From: Pseudomonadota bacterium
GTDB lineage: Bacteria > Bdellovibrionota > FAC87 > UBA2466
Assembly: GCA_009927005.1 (NCBI GenBank)
Contig: RFNV01000176.1
Location: 1 to 56,777 of the forward strand
DNA: 56,777 nt
Direction of reading: 5' to 3'
A program made the translations under genes and the position numbers. Position 1 is the first letter of the stretch; every line of letters begins with the position of its first letter. This document shows positions 9,917-18,399 of this stretch, one piece after another. A model generated the notes under the pieces. The model saw only the letters and a program-made list of their open reading frames with translations, made no database searches and was not told the origin of the DNA.

Positions 9917-9949
9917 TTTAAACCGATTCAAATGATTAAATTTATCCAT
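9913..9949 (+). promoter_or_regulatory. Putative third LysR operator upstream of the HPF/RaiA-like gene
   Basis: ATAG-N7-CGAT at 9913-9927 followed by TTATCCAT; same architecture and similar distance to the start codon as the other two copies; TAACCT -10 candidate at 9973-9978. Confidence 0.5.
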
Positions 9950-10000
9950 TTCAAATAAACCCAGAACTTCCGTAACCTTTTAAGAAAGAGCGGAGGTTTT

Positions 10001-10354
10001 ATGATTAAGGTTAATTTCAAAAATCTTGAAAAGTCCTCACTCGCGGTTGAGGCTGCTGAAGAGAGACTGGGCGAATTAGTTGAGCGCTTCCCAGTTCTCA
10101 ACGGTAGTGAACTGCAAGTGACTCTCACAATGGAAAACTCCCCCCGGCAGGCGGGTCCGGATCTCTTTGGAGTTAAAGTCAGGATTCAAGGGGGACGTTA
10201 TCACGGAGTGATACTTGAGAAGAAGGCATCGAGTCTGTATGTGGCTCTAGCGGATGTGTCCGATCATCTCTTGGAAAGATTAAATCGTTTTGGGGATAAG
10301 ACAAGAGTCAAAAACAGAGCTCAAGAGAGGCGCCTGGCAAACCGTGTGGGTTAG
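10001..10354 (+). CDS. HPF/RaiA-family ribosome-associated protein
   Basis: 117 aa with the S30AE-like pattern (MIKVNFKNLE...SLYVALADVSDHLLERL); GGAGG RBS. Confidence 0.7.
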   Translation: MIKVNFKNLEKSSLAVEAAEERLGELVERFPVLNGSELQVTLTMENSPRQAGPDLFGVKVRIQGGRYHGVILEKKASSLYVALADVSDHLLERLNRFGDKTRVKNRAQERRLANRVG

Positions 10355-10378
10355 CGTTATATAGAGCAATTTATTTTT

Positions 10379-10762
10379 TTATTCTTCTGTACAAGCTCCC
10401 TTCATTTCTTTAGCGAAGGGGGCTTCATGGTTTATGAGAACAGCTGGGTATTCTCCTTTTTCATTTGCAGTACTCTTCACAATCATTTCAATTTCTTTTC
10501 CTGGTTTGTCGGCATCTAAAAACAAGTGATAGAGTTCCCCCGGTTTCAAATCTACTTCTTGAATCAGGCTGGACATGGGTTTTCCCTGATGCTCAATTTG
10601 CACTGGATTTTCCACGGAACCATCTTCTAACTCTTTGAGAGTGACAGTGCAGAACGGGGCCAAATCCATCACCGTGTGAACACAGACGAGCTTTCTCGAG
10701 ACCGCTTGTCCCGTTAACGAGAAGAAAAAGAATCCACTGAGCAATATTTTTAAAGTTTTCAT
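10379..10762 (-). CDS. Hypothetical secreted protein
   Basis: 127 aa with signal peptide; extended -10 element immediately upstream. Confidence 0.7.
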   Translation of the reverse strand: MKTLKILLSGFFFFSLTGQAVSRKLVCVHTVMDLAPFCTVTLKELEDGSVENPVQIEHQGKPMSSLIQEVDLKPGELYHLFLDADKPGKEIEMIVKSTANEKGEYPAVLINHEAPFAKEMKGACTEE

Positions 10763-10768
10763 AAAACA

Positions 10769-10777
10769 ATTATACCA
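10769..10777 (-). promoter_or_regulatory. Extended -10 promoter (TGnTATAAT), probably leaderless transcript
   Basis: Minus strand reads TGGTATAAT-6 nt-ATG. Confidence 0.55.
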
Positions 10778-10845
10778 AAAGGGACTTCTTGCATCTTTTC
10801 TTTCGAATCTTGCCGTGTTTTTTTGGAGATGAAGCTTGAGGTCTT

Positions 10846-11829
10846 ATGAAGAACTTTCTGCTGTGGTCTTTGGGATTGATTTTAGCAGCTGGTTGCTCCG
10901 AACAAGCGCCACTCGATGAAGCTTATCCCGCTCCCTCCCCCCCTTTAAATGACCTGATTCAAAGTCGGCTTCCTGGCCGAAATGACATCGGTGCTCTCAT
11001 CAGTCTCCAAACCCCCGTCAAATCTCAAGACAAACGGGGTGTCTGTTCAATTTTTTCAGCTATCGGAATCTTGGAATCTTGGCTCAAGATTAAAACAAAT
11101 ACTTCCCACGATCTTTCAGAAAACTATTTGGCCTACATAGTAACCACTCAAATAACCAAACGGGCTTTCTCAGGATCTACAGCTTCTGAGAACTTTCTCG
11201 GGGTTAGAAAACAGGGACTCATACCAGAGACTATTTGGCCTTACGAAGGGCAGGATTGGCTGAAACCTGATCTTTCTGCACTGGAAATCGCCCTCAGAGA
11301 TGCCACTTGTTTCTTTGTTGGCCAACGCCAGGACCTCTGTTTGAAGACCCACCGGGATCCCTATCAAAACCCATTTCTGGAAGACGCCAATGCTTTCGCG
11401 AAAAATTTTAAGACTGATAGGACCGAAGCGGTTGTCTTATCTTCATTGACCGATGTTCATAATCGTCTTTTGCTGAACGAGCCAGTCCTACTAGAAATAG
11501 ATTTTTTCTACGGGGCTTGGAATCACCGAAAGATGAAAGAGCTGGGAATCGGTGAACCAGACTCGGAACTTTGGGCTCGAGGTATCGTGGGCATTCCCAA
11601 TTCCCGAGACATTTCTCTGTCACGCCAAAAACCAGCCGGCCACTCCCTGGTAATTGTTGGATTTGATGAGGTGCAAAGAGTCTATTTTTTTAAAAACTCT
11701 TGGGGAACGCAGAGCTTTGGGGTTCACAGTGACCTCCTGGGGCCGGGAACTACCCCCGGATATGGCACACTCCCCTATGAATATGCCCATTATTACGGCA
11801 CTTTCTACCGGGTACGCCCTTCTTTCTAA
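10846..11829 (+). CDS. Papain-like C1-family cysteine peptidase, lipoprotein
   Basis: Lipobox LAAGC; PVKSQDKRGVCSIFS (oxyanion Q, catalytic C), AGHSLVIVG (H), KNSWG (N). Confidence 0.88.
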   Translation: MKNFLLWSLGLILAAGCSEQAPLDEAYPAPSPPLNDLIQSRLPGRNDIGALISLQTPVKSQDKRGVCSIFSAIGILESWLKIKTNTSHDLSENYLAYIVTTQITKRAFSGSTASENFLGVRKQGLIPETIWPYEGQDWLKPDLSALEIALRDATCFFVGQRQDLCLKTHRDPYQNPFLEDANAFAKNFKTDRTEAVVLSSLTDVHNRLLLNEPVLLEIDFFYGAWNHRKMKELGIGEPDSELWARGIVGIPNSRDISLSRQKPAGHSLVIVGFDEVQRVYFFKNSWGTQSFGVHSDLLGPGTTPGYGTLPYEYAHYYGTFYRVRPSF

Positions 11830-11872
11830 CCAAAATCTAACTGGAAAACCCGTTGCTGGAATTTGAGGTCGC

Positions 11873-11881
11873 TGCTATAAT
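11873..11881 (+). promoter_or_regulatory. Extended -10 promoter
   Basis: TGCTATAAT 25 nt upstream of the 11907 start codon. Confidence 0.45.
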
Positions 11882-11906
11882 CCGGCACTTTTATAGGGGT
11901 ATTTGA

Positions 11907-12773
11907 ATGTCAAAGAACTCAGTTTTTACCTGGCTCTTTTTCTTATCCGTTTCCTTCGGCAATGCAGTTCATGCCGCTCCTACTCTTGAGGAAAAATCGA
12001 CTCCACTCAGTGCTGAGACCCCGTCAGGAAAATTCATTGGCACTTTAGATATTCGGCCTTCAGATGTTTTTAAAGACACCGACAGTTTTAGAATGGAAAA
12101 CTCGGTTTCGTTTGGCTACCGTTTTCCGTCGCAAGCAAAACTTATTTTCCAACAAGAGTTATGGTCCAATCTTTCCTCTTCTCCAACTCTCCCTGGAGCG
12201 CCTCAGGGAACTCTTTTTGCTCGAGATGGTTTTTTTAGCTTAACCACCGACCAGTTTTGGAAAAGCGAGGATGGGGCTTGGTTTACGATTTACGAAGGGC
12301 GAGCTTATCTGCCGACTTTTGCCGCAAGACGCGATGCTGGAATGGTTACTGCGATTCGAAACTATTTTACTTTAGGGAGAAAGCTAACCCCTTGGGCAAC
12401 TCTTGCAGTTACCGAAACCCCTGTTGCACATATTTTTACAAACAATGCTTTCAATGGAAAAGCAAATCCCCTCTTTGAAAATCGCTTTCAAATCAAAGCT
12501 TCTTTCACCCTAACTTCGCAGCTAACTCTCGGACTCCCTCTCATTTGGCAAAGCACTAAAATGCGGGTGAGTGCTGGAGCCTCGAAAAGCGGCATTTGGG
12601 ACAATTTCATTTGGATCAATCCTGAACTCTTCTATGCGCTCGATTCCAATTATACTGTGGGACTCGCCTATTATGACTTAGGGGGGTTAACCAAAAATGA
12701 CCTCTCGGATCTTCAAATCATGGAAGGCCTCAGAGACGGAGTCGTTCAGTTTATTTTCAAGGCTTCTCTGTAG
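11907..12773 (+). CDS. Hypothetical exported protein, probable outer-membrane beta-barrel
   Basis: Signal peptide (AVHA), amphipathic aromatic-rich beta-strand pattern, C-terminal strand VVQFIFKASL. Confidence 0.65.
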   Translation: MSKNSVFTWLFFLSVSFGNAVHAAPTLEEKSTPLSAETPSGKFIGTLDIRPSDVFKDTDSFRMENSVSFGYRFPSQAKLIFQQELWSNLSSSPTLPGAPQGTLFARDGFFSLTTDQFWKSEDGAWFTIYEGRAYLPTFAARRDAGMVTAIRNYFTLGRKLTPWATLAVTETPVAHIFTNNAFNGKANPLFENRFQIKASFTLTSQLTLGLPLIWQSTKMRVSAGASKSGIWDNFIWINPELFYALDSNYTVGLAYYDLGGLTKNDLSDLQIMEGLRDGVVQFIFKASL

Positions 12774-13584
12774 GTTCTTTCCATAACTCATCTCGCTTTT
12801 GTAGAAGCTGGGAAGCAATACTGACAGCAATCTCACCTGGCGCATTGGTTCCAATCGGCAAGCCGACCGGGCAGTGGATTGAGTTGAGTTCTTCTTGAGA
12901 AAACCCCTCTTCCCGAAGGGTGTTTTTGAGGGTTCTGGCTTTTTGGACACTTCCAATCACTCCCAAGAACAAAGCATCTTGTCTTTTTAAAATTTCTCTC
13001 ACGATGGGCAGATCGGTGAAGTGTCCCTGCGTAATACATAGGTAAAAAAGATCCTTGGGGAGTTTCGAAACATAACCTGGCAAGTCCTCTGAGCACACTT
13101 TCTTGAGGTTGTGTTTAGAAGGAAGCTTTGCAAGCCATTCCTCTCTGGGATCGATACACCATACATTACATTCAAAACTTGTGATCAAGGGAACCACAGC
13201 TTGAGCGACATGGCCCGCTCCGAAGACTGCAATATTCCAGGAACGGTGAGAAGAGAGCTCATAGAAGAGACTCGCCATTCCCCCACAAACCATGTTCAAA
13301 TCTTTTTTGAGATCATAGCGAACCATTTCTGGCTCTACGGGATTTTTCACATCTTGAAGTTCTGCTTTTTCGATCATTGCTTTTGAATGTTGGATGGCCT
13401 GTGCTTCGAGCCTTCCTCCGCCCACCGTCCCCCAGATAATTCCATCAGTACTGATAATGGCTTTAGCTCCGATATCTTGTGGAACATGCCCTTCGGGTTG
13501 AATGAGAGTCACCGTTACAAACGGCACTCCTTGGCTTGAAAGCTCTTGTGCTTTTGCCAAGTATTCTCGAATAAAGCGACTCAT
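12757..13584 (-). CDS. xdhC: Xanthine dehydrogenase accessory protein XdhC
   Basis: GTVGGGRLE, CGG, FGAGHVA, GVIGS and CPVG motifs; follows xdhB. Confidence 0.93.
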   Translation of the reverse strand: MSRFIREYLAKAQELSSQGVPFVTVTLIQPEGHVPQDIGAKAIISTDGIIWGTVGGGRLEAQAIQHSKAMIEKAELQDVKNPVEPEMVRYDLKKDLNMVCGGMASLFYELSSHRSWNIAVFGAGHVAQAVVPLITSFECNVWCIDPREEWLAKLPSKHNLKKVCSEDLPGYVSKLPKDLFYLCITQGHFTDLPIVREILKRQDALFLGVIGSVQKARTLKNTLREEGFSQEELNSIHCPVGLPIGTNAPGEIAVSIASQLLQKRDELWKEPTEKP

Positions 13585-15974
13585 AGGTCTTGAAACTCCT
13601 CTGGGGCCAAGGCCCTTAACACTCTTTCCGAAGTGGCTGGAATCTCCATGGGAACGATCTCATTTCCCCGGCAGGACATAATCGCATCTCGAATAGCAGT
13701 CCATACCGACAAGCACAAAAGCAAAGGCGGTTCTCCAACAGCTTTCGTGCTTTTTACATTTACCGTGTTGCCCTCATTGTGAACTAGGTTTGCGTTAAAC
13801 ACTCGGGGAATGTCCTGAATGCTCGGAATTTTATAGGTGCTGGGAGAATGGCTTAAGAGATATCCATCTTGATTGTAGACTAGGTTTTCAGTTGTGACCC
13901 ACCCCATTCCTTGGATAAACCCACCCGTAACTTGACCCACATCTAGCCCATAGTTAATAGGTCTTCCCAGATCCATTAAAATATCTACTCTTTTTACTTT
14001 CACTTCTCCGGTATCCCTATCGATTTCAACTTCACTCGCTGCTACTCCTTGGGTGTAATAAAGAAACGCCTGGCCTTTTCCTTTTAACTTATCGAATCCC
14101 AAATTGGGAATTCGGTAATGACCGTACTCACTCAAGGATATTCGGTTCAAGTAAGCTTCTCGGACGAGTTCAGCAAATGGCAAGGCGAAAGCGGTGTTTT
14201 TTAAAACTACTTTTCCATTTTCAAAGGACACTTGAGAGTGTGCCGTTTCGAGGTCCTTAGCAATTTCAATCTCAGGAGCCGTTCCAAGACCAGCGGTCTT
14301 GCTAGGCCATTTTTCTTTAGGAATCTCCTTCAGTCTCAAGGCCAGTGCGGCCAGACGCCTTTTGATTTCTAAGCAGGCTTTCTGAGCAGCCGCTCCATTG
14401 ATATCAGTCCCGCTCGAAGCAGCCGTGGGCGAAGTATTGGCATTCTTTTCAGTTGAGGTCGGCATCATCCGAATCGAGGAGATGGGAAGACCAAACTCCT
14501 CCGCAACAATAGAGGCAATTCTGGAATTCACGCCCTGCCCCATCTCAACTGCCCCCGTGGAAACTTGAACGCTCCCATCCGTGTGAATGATCACGAGGGC
14601 ATTTCCCTGATTTAAAAACCTGGTCGTAAAAGATATTCCAAATTTAACAGCAGTCAGCGATAAACCTCGTGGGTTTCCCCCATCCTTGATCACTTTCTGA
14701 TTCCATGCCTTGATTTCTTCCCGGCGTCTTCGATAGCCTGAATCGATCTCGAGTTTTTCAAACAGCCCAGGCAAGAGGTTGTTCTCAACTTTTTGTCCAT
14801 AATGAGTGATATCCTCACCGGGCTTGTAACAATTGAGTTTACGAATATCTAAAGCATCTTTGCCTGTTACTCTTGCGATATCTTCCAAGATGGACTCAAT
14901 GAGAGCTACTCCTTTGGGGCCCCCAAACCCTCGAAAAGCGGTATGAGGATGATAGTTGGTGCGACACACTTGACCGCTCACTCGCATATTTGAAATAAAA
15001 TAAGCATTATCGCTATGGAGCATGGCTCGCTCCATAATAGAAGTCGATAAATCGGCATAGGCTCCACCATCCGAAAAGAGCTTTGCATCAAGAGCCACTA
15101 TTTTGCCATCTGGGTTGAATCCCACTTCATAAAATATCTGAAACGGATTTCTTTTTCCCGTAATCACCATGTCGTCATCTTTGGAAAGTGCTAACCGAGC
15201 AGGTCTTCCCATTTTTTTTGCCATGAGGGCCGCAAAAGCAGCTATGGGAGCAGCCTGGGACTCCTTTCCACCAAAGCCGCCTCCTAAGCGCTTCGCAATG
15301 CACACCACATCTTTAAAGGGAACTCCACAAGCTTTAGCAACGACATGCTGGGTTTCCGTCGGGTGCTGGGTGGAGGAATGAACTTCTAGTTGTCCATCTT
15401 CTTTGGGATACACAACCGCTGCTTGACTCTCTAAATAGAAATGATCCGCTCCTTGAATCTTCACAATCCCAGCGAGTTTCTTGGGAGATTTTTTCAAAGC
15501 TTCAACTACATCTCCACGAGAAATTGTTCTTTCCTCGCCAATAAAACTCTTCTTTGCAATCGCCTCATCGACACTCAAAATAGCTGGGAGTTTCTCCCAC
15601 TCTACTGTGACGTGTGACAACCCAGCTCGCAAAGCTTCTGGGGATTCAGCTCCCAGCACAGCCACGACTTCCCCAGCATATTGAACTTCTGTGGAAGCAA
15701 GCACGGGTTGATCTTGAAAAATAGTGCCCCACATATTAGTCGAAACATCGTTTGCTGTCACAACCCCTACAACACCAGGTATCCGGAGAGACTCACTGAA
15801 ATCGAGTTTTTTGAGTTTGGCTCGTGCATAGGGACTATAAACCAAGCCACAAAGTATTTCCCGTTTCAATAAAGGTCTGTCGTCAATGTATTCGGATCGT
15901 CCGGTGACATGGGAAAGCGATGAATCATGAGGGTCACTTGCAATGTTTGGAAGTCCCTTTAAGTCATCAGCCAT
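13581..15974 (-). CDS. xdhB: Xanthine dehydrogenase molybdopterin-binding subunit
   Basis: HVTGRSEYIDD, RLGGGFGGKESQ, AFRGFGGP, EMGQG, SPTAASSG and KAVGEPP motifs. Confidence 0.96.
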   Translation of the reverse strand: MADDLKGLPNIASDPHDSSLSHVTGRSEYIDDRPLLKREILCGLVYSPYARAKLKKLDFSESLRIPGVVGVVTANDVSTNMWGTIFQDQPVLASTEVQYAGEVVAVLGAESPEALRAGLSHVTVEWEKLPAILSVDEAIAKKSFIGEERTISRGDVVEALKKSPKKLAGIVKIQGADHFYLESQAAVVYPKEDGQLEVHSSTQHPTETQHVVAKACGVPFKDVVCIAKRLGGGFGGKESQAAPIAAFAALMAKKMGRPARLALSKDDDMVITGKRNPFQIFYEVGFNPDGKIVALDAKLFSDGGAYADLSTSIMERAMLHSDNAYFISNMRVSGQVCRTNYHPHTAFRGFGGPKGVALIESILEDIARVTGKDALDIRKLNCYKPGEDITHYGQKVENNLLPGLFEKLEIDSGYRRRREEIKAWNQKVIKDGGNPRGLSLTAVKFGISFTTRFLNQGNALVIIHTDGSVQVSTGAVEMGQGVNSRIASIVAEEFGLPISSIRMMPTSTEKNANTSPTAASSGTDINGAAAQKACLEIKRRLAALALRLKEIPKEKWPSKTAGLGTAPEIEIAKDLETAHSQVSFENGKVVLKNTAFALPFAELVREAYLNRISLSEYGHYRIPNLGFDKLKGKGQAFLYYTQGVAASEVEIDRDTGEVKVKRVDILMDLGRPINYGLDVGQVTGGFIQGMGWVTTENLVYNQDGYLLSHSPSTYKIPSIQDIPRVFNANLVHNEGNTVNVKSTKAVGEPPLLLCLSVWTAIRDAIMSCRGNEIVPMEIPATSERVLRALAPEEFQDL

Positions 15975-17421
15975 GGAGTACCTCTCGGCCGTACCGCTTA
16001 AACAGGTTCATAGCTAAGACTTTTCGGTAGGTTTTAGAACCACGCAAATCCGTTTGGGGGGCAATCGTCTTTCCAATGAGTTCTGATACTTCCTGAATAA
16101 GTTTTGAATCCAGCACCTTACCTTGAAGAGCCTTTTCTGCCTCTGGCAATCTCACAGGAGTTGCTGCCACTCCCCCAAAAGCAAGACGGGCTTCTTCAAT
16201 TTTTTTTCCCGTTCCCTGGCTGACCGTCTTTAGAAGAAAAGCACCGCTCACGGTGCTGATATCGAGATCTTTTCTTTGAGACACTTTGTAAATTTTTAAA
16301 ATCTGATTTTGAGAAGTCTCATCAAAAGAAACATGCGTAATTATTTCAGATGGCTCAAGGGCCAATTTTTTATAGCCTAGGAACAGATCAGGAAACGAAA
16401 TTTCTCGTCTTTTAACAGCCCCATCCTCGATGCTCACCGCGTGTACTTTCCCTCTAGAAACCAAGAGAAACGGAAGCGTGTCACCTATGGGAGATGCATT
16501 GGCGATGTTTCCTACGAGAGTTGCAGCGTTTTTTATCTGGGGTGAGGCAAAGAGATTTAAAAACCGGGCAAACTCTGGGTTGGTCTTCTCTACTTCCCGC
16601 CTCAACTGAGATAAGGTCACTCGAGCCCCAACCATAATACGTTTATTTTCTTTTCGAACTTCATACAACTCAGAAATCAAATGCAGACTGAGCAAGTTTT
16701 TCGGAAGGGGCTTACCTTTATTGGTCTGAACTCCAAGATCTGTAGCCGCCCCAATTACTTTGAAGCCAGGATTTTCAGAGGCAAAATGAACAGCCTCTTC
16801 GAGAGTTGCTGGGGCAAAGAAGGTTGAGAAACCATTCTTGATTAATACTGAATCTCTTTGTTTCTGAATAAGTTCAGATGTAGCCTCTTTTTTTAGATAG
16901 CGTTTCGAAACTGAATGATCTTCACTTTGTTTAGCAGATAGAGCTGCCTCAATGATGGGTTGGTAGCCCGTGCAACGACATAAGTTGCCCGTCAGATAAT
17001 TACACGCCGTTTTTGCATCAAGAGACTGGTGTTTTTCTAGAGCCCCAGTCAGTGCCATAACAAAACCTGGAGTACAATATCCACATTGAGAGCCATGACA
17101 CTCTCTCATCGCTTTTTGAACTGGAGAAAGTTCGTCGCCATTTTGAATTCCCTCAACCGTTACCAGATGAGAGCCGTCCATTTGGGCAACCGTAGTGATA
17201 CACGAATTGATCGCTTCAAATTGGATTGAATTGCTTTTGCCTTGAGGAAAAGCTCGGAGAACCGTACAAGCTCCACAATCCCCTTCCGCACATACTATTT
17301 TGGTTCCCGTTAGGCCCACTTCTTTCCGAAGCCAATCCCCAAGCATCAGAAGCGCTTCTATGCCCCGGACTTCTTTGCGGATGCCGTTTAGATAAATTAA
17401 CGAAAATTCTCGCATGGACAC
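15967..17421 (-). CDS. xdhA: Xanthine dehydrogenase small subunit (2Fe-2S + FAD)
   Basis: GTKIVCAEGDCGACT, SQCGYCTPG, GNLCRCTGY and ATLVGNIANASPIGD motifs; start may be ATG 17415. Confidence 0.95.
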   Translation of the reverse strand: MSMREFSLIYLNGIRKEVRGIEALLMLGDWLRKEVGLTGTKIVCAEGDCGACTVLRAFPQGKSNSIQFEAINSCITTVAQMDGSHLVTVEGIQNGDELSPVQKAMRECHGSQCGYCTPGFVMALTGALEKHQSLDAKTACNYLTGNLCRCTGYQPIIEAALSAKQSEDHSVSKRYLKKEATSELIQKQRDSVLIKNGFSTFFAPATLEEAVHFASENPGFKVIGAATDLGVQTNKGKPLPKNLLSLHLISELYEVRKENKRIMVGARVTLSQLRREVEKTNPEFARFLNLFASPQIKNAATLVGNIANASPIGDTLPFLLVSRGKVHAVSIEDGAVKRREISFPDLFLGYKKLALEPSEIITHVSFDETSQNQILKIYKVSQRKDLDISTVSGAFLLKTVSQGTGKKIEEARLAFGGVAATPVRLPEAEKALQGKVLDSKLIQEVSELIGKTIAPQTDLRGSKTYRKVLAMNLFKRYGREVLHG

Positions 17422-17490
17422 TCTTATATATCATGGGAACTTCAGAAATTCATGGTTGGTTCACCTGATTTCTGATAAACGACTCGAGCC

Positions 17491-18399
17491 ATGTCGAATC
17501 AAAGTGATTCAAGAATTACAGGGGTTTACGCTGGGATTTTAAGCCTAGTGGAAATCGGCCTTGGGGGATTTCTCCATGGGATGAAGGTCCCTTTAGCGGG
17601 AACCTTTCTTTCGCTGAACCAGGGAGTTTTTCTCACTCGAGTAGTAAAGTTAAACCATGCGCGTGAAGGAGCTAAAACGTTAGCTTTTCGGGTTTCTAAT
17701 ATCACAGCGCTCCTCAAGTCTCTTTCACCGGCTGGAAAAAAACTCCTACCGATGCTGGCTATTTCTGCTCAAGGATTTTTATTTTCGGTGGGGACTCTTC
17801 TCTTGGGACCTAATCTACCGGGCTGTCTTTTAGGTTCGATTCTCTCCTCTTTGTGGGGGGTTATTCAGCCTTTGGCGGTGCTCTGGATGGTTTATGGGAT
17901 TTCGCTGGGGGAAGATCAACTTCAAAAGATTCTATCGGTTTTCAGTCCTGAGATTTTAACAAATATGGTGGTTGTTTTGACTTTCCTGAAAGCTCTTGTG
18001 GCGGGTGGTTTAACTTGGACCACCTGGAAAGCCCCTTTTGATGAACAAGATCTCCTCAATCAAAAACTTCTGAAGTGGGGCCTGAAGGGGCTCCCAAAGG
18101 ACTCAGCCACCCAGTCTCAGAGAAACCCTGCGCTCGGGGCTTTCCACGATCTCAAACGGCCTTTATTTTTAATTCCCTTTTTCCTCACCGGGGTTTTCTT
18201 TTATTTTGCGGAGGATTCTAATGCACAGTTCATTTGGAAAAGCCTTCGCCCAGTGGCCGTTGCCTATCTCTTTTTTCTAGCCATTCGCCTGTTTCCGGTA
18301 GAAAGTTGGATAAAAAAGTGGGGATTGGGGGGAACTGCACTTGCCAGTGCTCTCGAGTTTATTGAGGGAAAGTCTAACGATAATGAAGCCAGTGACTAA
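17491..18399 (+). CDS. Uncharacterized integral membrane protein
   Basis: Multiple TM helices; overlaps the guaD start; divergent from xdhA. Confidence 0.75.
   Translation: MSNQSDSRITGVYAGILSLVEIGLGGFLHGMKVPLAGTFLSLNQGVFLTRVVKLNHAREGAKTLAFRVSNITALLKSLSPAGKKLLPMLAISAQGFLFSVGTLLLGPNLPGCLLGSILSSLWGVIQPLAVLWMVYGISLGEDQLQKILSVFSPEILTNMVVVLTFLKALVAGGLTWTTWKAPFDEQDLLNQKLLKWGLKGLPKDSATQSQRNPALGAFHDLKRPLFLIPFFLTGVFFYFAEDSNAQFIWKSLRPVAVAYLFFLAIRLFPVESWIKKWGLGGTALASALEFIEGKSNDNEASD

Noticed and set aside
11842-11857. Sigma-54-like TGGA-N7-TTGCT
   Set aside because: Weak -24 element; a better extended -10 lies just downstream.
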